From assembly GCF_018977255.1 (NCBI RefSeq), contig NW_024704743.1, positions 45,262,001-45,326,000 of the forward strand: 64,000 nucleotides of DNA, read 5' to 3'. Numbering within the stretch: the first letter of the stretch is position 1; each line of letters starts with the position of its first letter. The position numbers and the translations under genes were made by a program. The notes under the pieces are model-generated. The model worked only from the letters and a program-made list of their open reading frames with translations, made no database searches and had not been told where the DNA came from. The DNA comes from Callorhinchus milii. Its lineage: Eukaryota. Below, piece by piece: positions 63,158 to 64,000 of the stretch.

Positions 63158-63518
63158 TTACTACCTCTGCAACCTTCTAAACCCCAATCAAGATGCTTGC
63201 TCCCTCCGCTCAGCCGGCCCCGGTCTGCTTCACGTCCCCCGTCTCGCCCGCCCCACTATTGCCCAGTGGGCCTTCTGCCACTCTATCCCCATCCCGCAGT
63301 TCCTCTGCCTCACTCCCCTCCCTTGCCTCCTTCAAGACCCGTCTTAAGACCCTCCTCTTCGACTGTGCCATCGGTCACCCTCCTTCCCCCCATGCCCTCA
63401 CCCTCCCCGATCCCGACCCCCAGCTCAGGTCCGAAATACTGATTGTCCAGCGCCTTGGGACGTCCTCCCGACGTGAAAGGTGCTTTAGAATATAAGTTTG
63501 TTGTTGTTGTTTTGTTTG
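63158..63518 (+). mobile_element. L2 3' fragment
   Basis: LRSAGPGLLHVPRLARPTI...FKTRLKTLLFD, CTCCC stem-loop, (TTG)n. Confidence 0.88.
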
Positions 63519-63582
63519 TACCTTGAATAGCCTTGAGCAATTTATTGATGGCATCGCCCACATCTCTGATGGCTCTGATAAT

Positions 63583-63900
63583 TCAACAGCAACTTGCATT
63601 TGTTTAGCGACCCTCACGCAGATCATCCCAGAGCACTTAGAGCGTGGGGAGTAGAAGGGGGAGCATTTTCGGGGGAGGGGGTGCGGTTCGGGTCAGATCG
63701 GCATCCAAAACACGCACGTAGAGACCAAAAACGAGGCGTTCAGCGAGGCATCATCAACCCACAGGAATGGCGGGGGCTTGGGGGGAGACAGCAGAGAGGG
63801 CAGAGAGAAGGGTTGGCTCCCATTGCTTTGTTTGGACCAAAGCCAGAGAGGGAGGGGAATGGTGGACAGGGGTGAAAGAGGAGGACAGGGAGGAAGTGAA
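63583..63900 (-). mobile_element. Divergent L2-like 3' end
   Basis: Minus strand ends AAGTGCTCTGGGATGATCTGCGTGAGGGTCGCTAAACAAATGCAAGTTGCTGTTG, an L2-type tail preceded by a C-rich UTR. Confidence 0.45.
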
Positions 63901-64000
63901 TATAAATAATAATAATAATAATAATAAACAATAACAAAATTGACAAAATAATTCACCAAAACTCCTTTTCCTCACTTCCAATACAATGTCTGTCAGCTTG

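Noticed and set aside
63610..63900. Second CpG-island promoter
   Set aside because: It is short and ends in an L2-type tail on the minus strand, so it is better explained as a divergent LINE 3' end, though this is not proven.
22000..64000. LRRC3B or another downstream protein-coding gene
   Set aside because: No leucine-rich-repeat ORF or other recognisable host protein appears in the ORF track. Small or non-coding exons cannot be excluded.

Overview
Eukaryotic (vertebrate) genomic DNA. The SINE/LINE repertoire suggests a cartilaginous fish, possibly a chimaera such as Callorhinchus; this is inference. The left third holds a head-to-head gene pair sharing a CpG-island promoter (~12.6-13.4 kb). 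NGLY1 is on the minus strand (coding exons 1-3, PUB domain; the rest continues off the left edge). OXSM, the mitochondrial 3-oxoacyl-ACP synthase, is on the plus strand with a complete two-exon CDS of 459 codons plus stop. From ~22 kb to 64 kb I find no protein-coding gene. That region is dense in L2 and CR1 LINE fragments, one Tx1/L1-clade fragment, two SINE families sharing a Deu-domain/L2-type 3' half, a hAT-type non-autonomous element, unclassified old repeats and some candidate conserved non-coding elements. Most ORFs in the track are LINE remnants or chance ORFs. I found no convincing new protein-coding system. The most interesting signals are in retroposon evolution: a CORE+Deu hybrid SINE whose subfamilies form a series ending in a 3' stem-loop matching the young L2 with a compensatory base-pair change; a hairpin micro-inversion; nested insertions; and an inverted SINE pair bracketing the bidirectional promoter.
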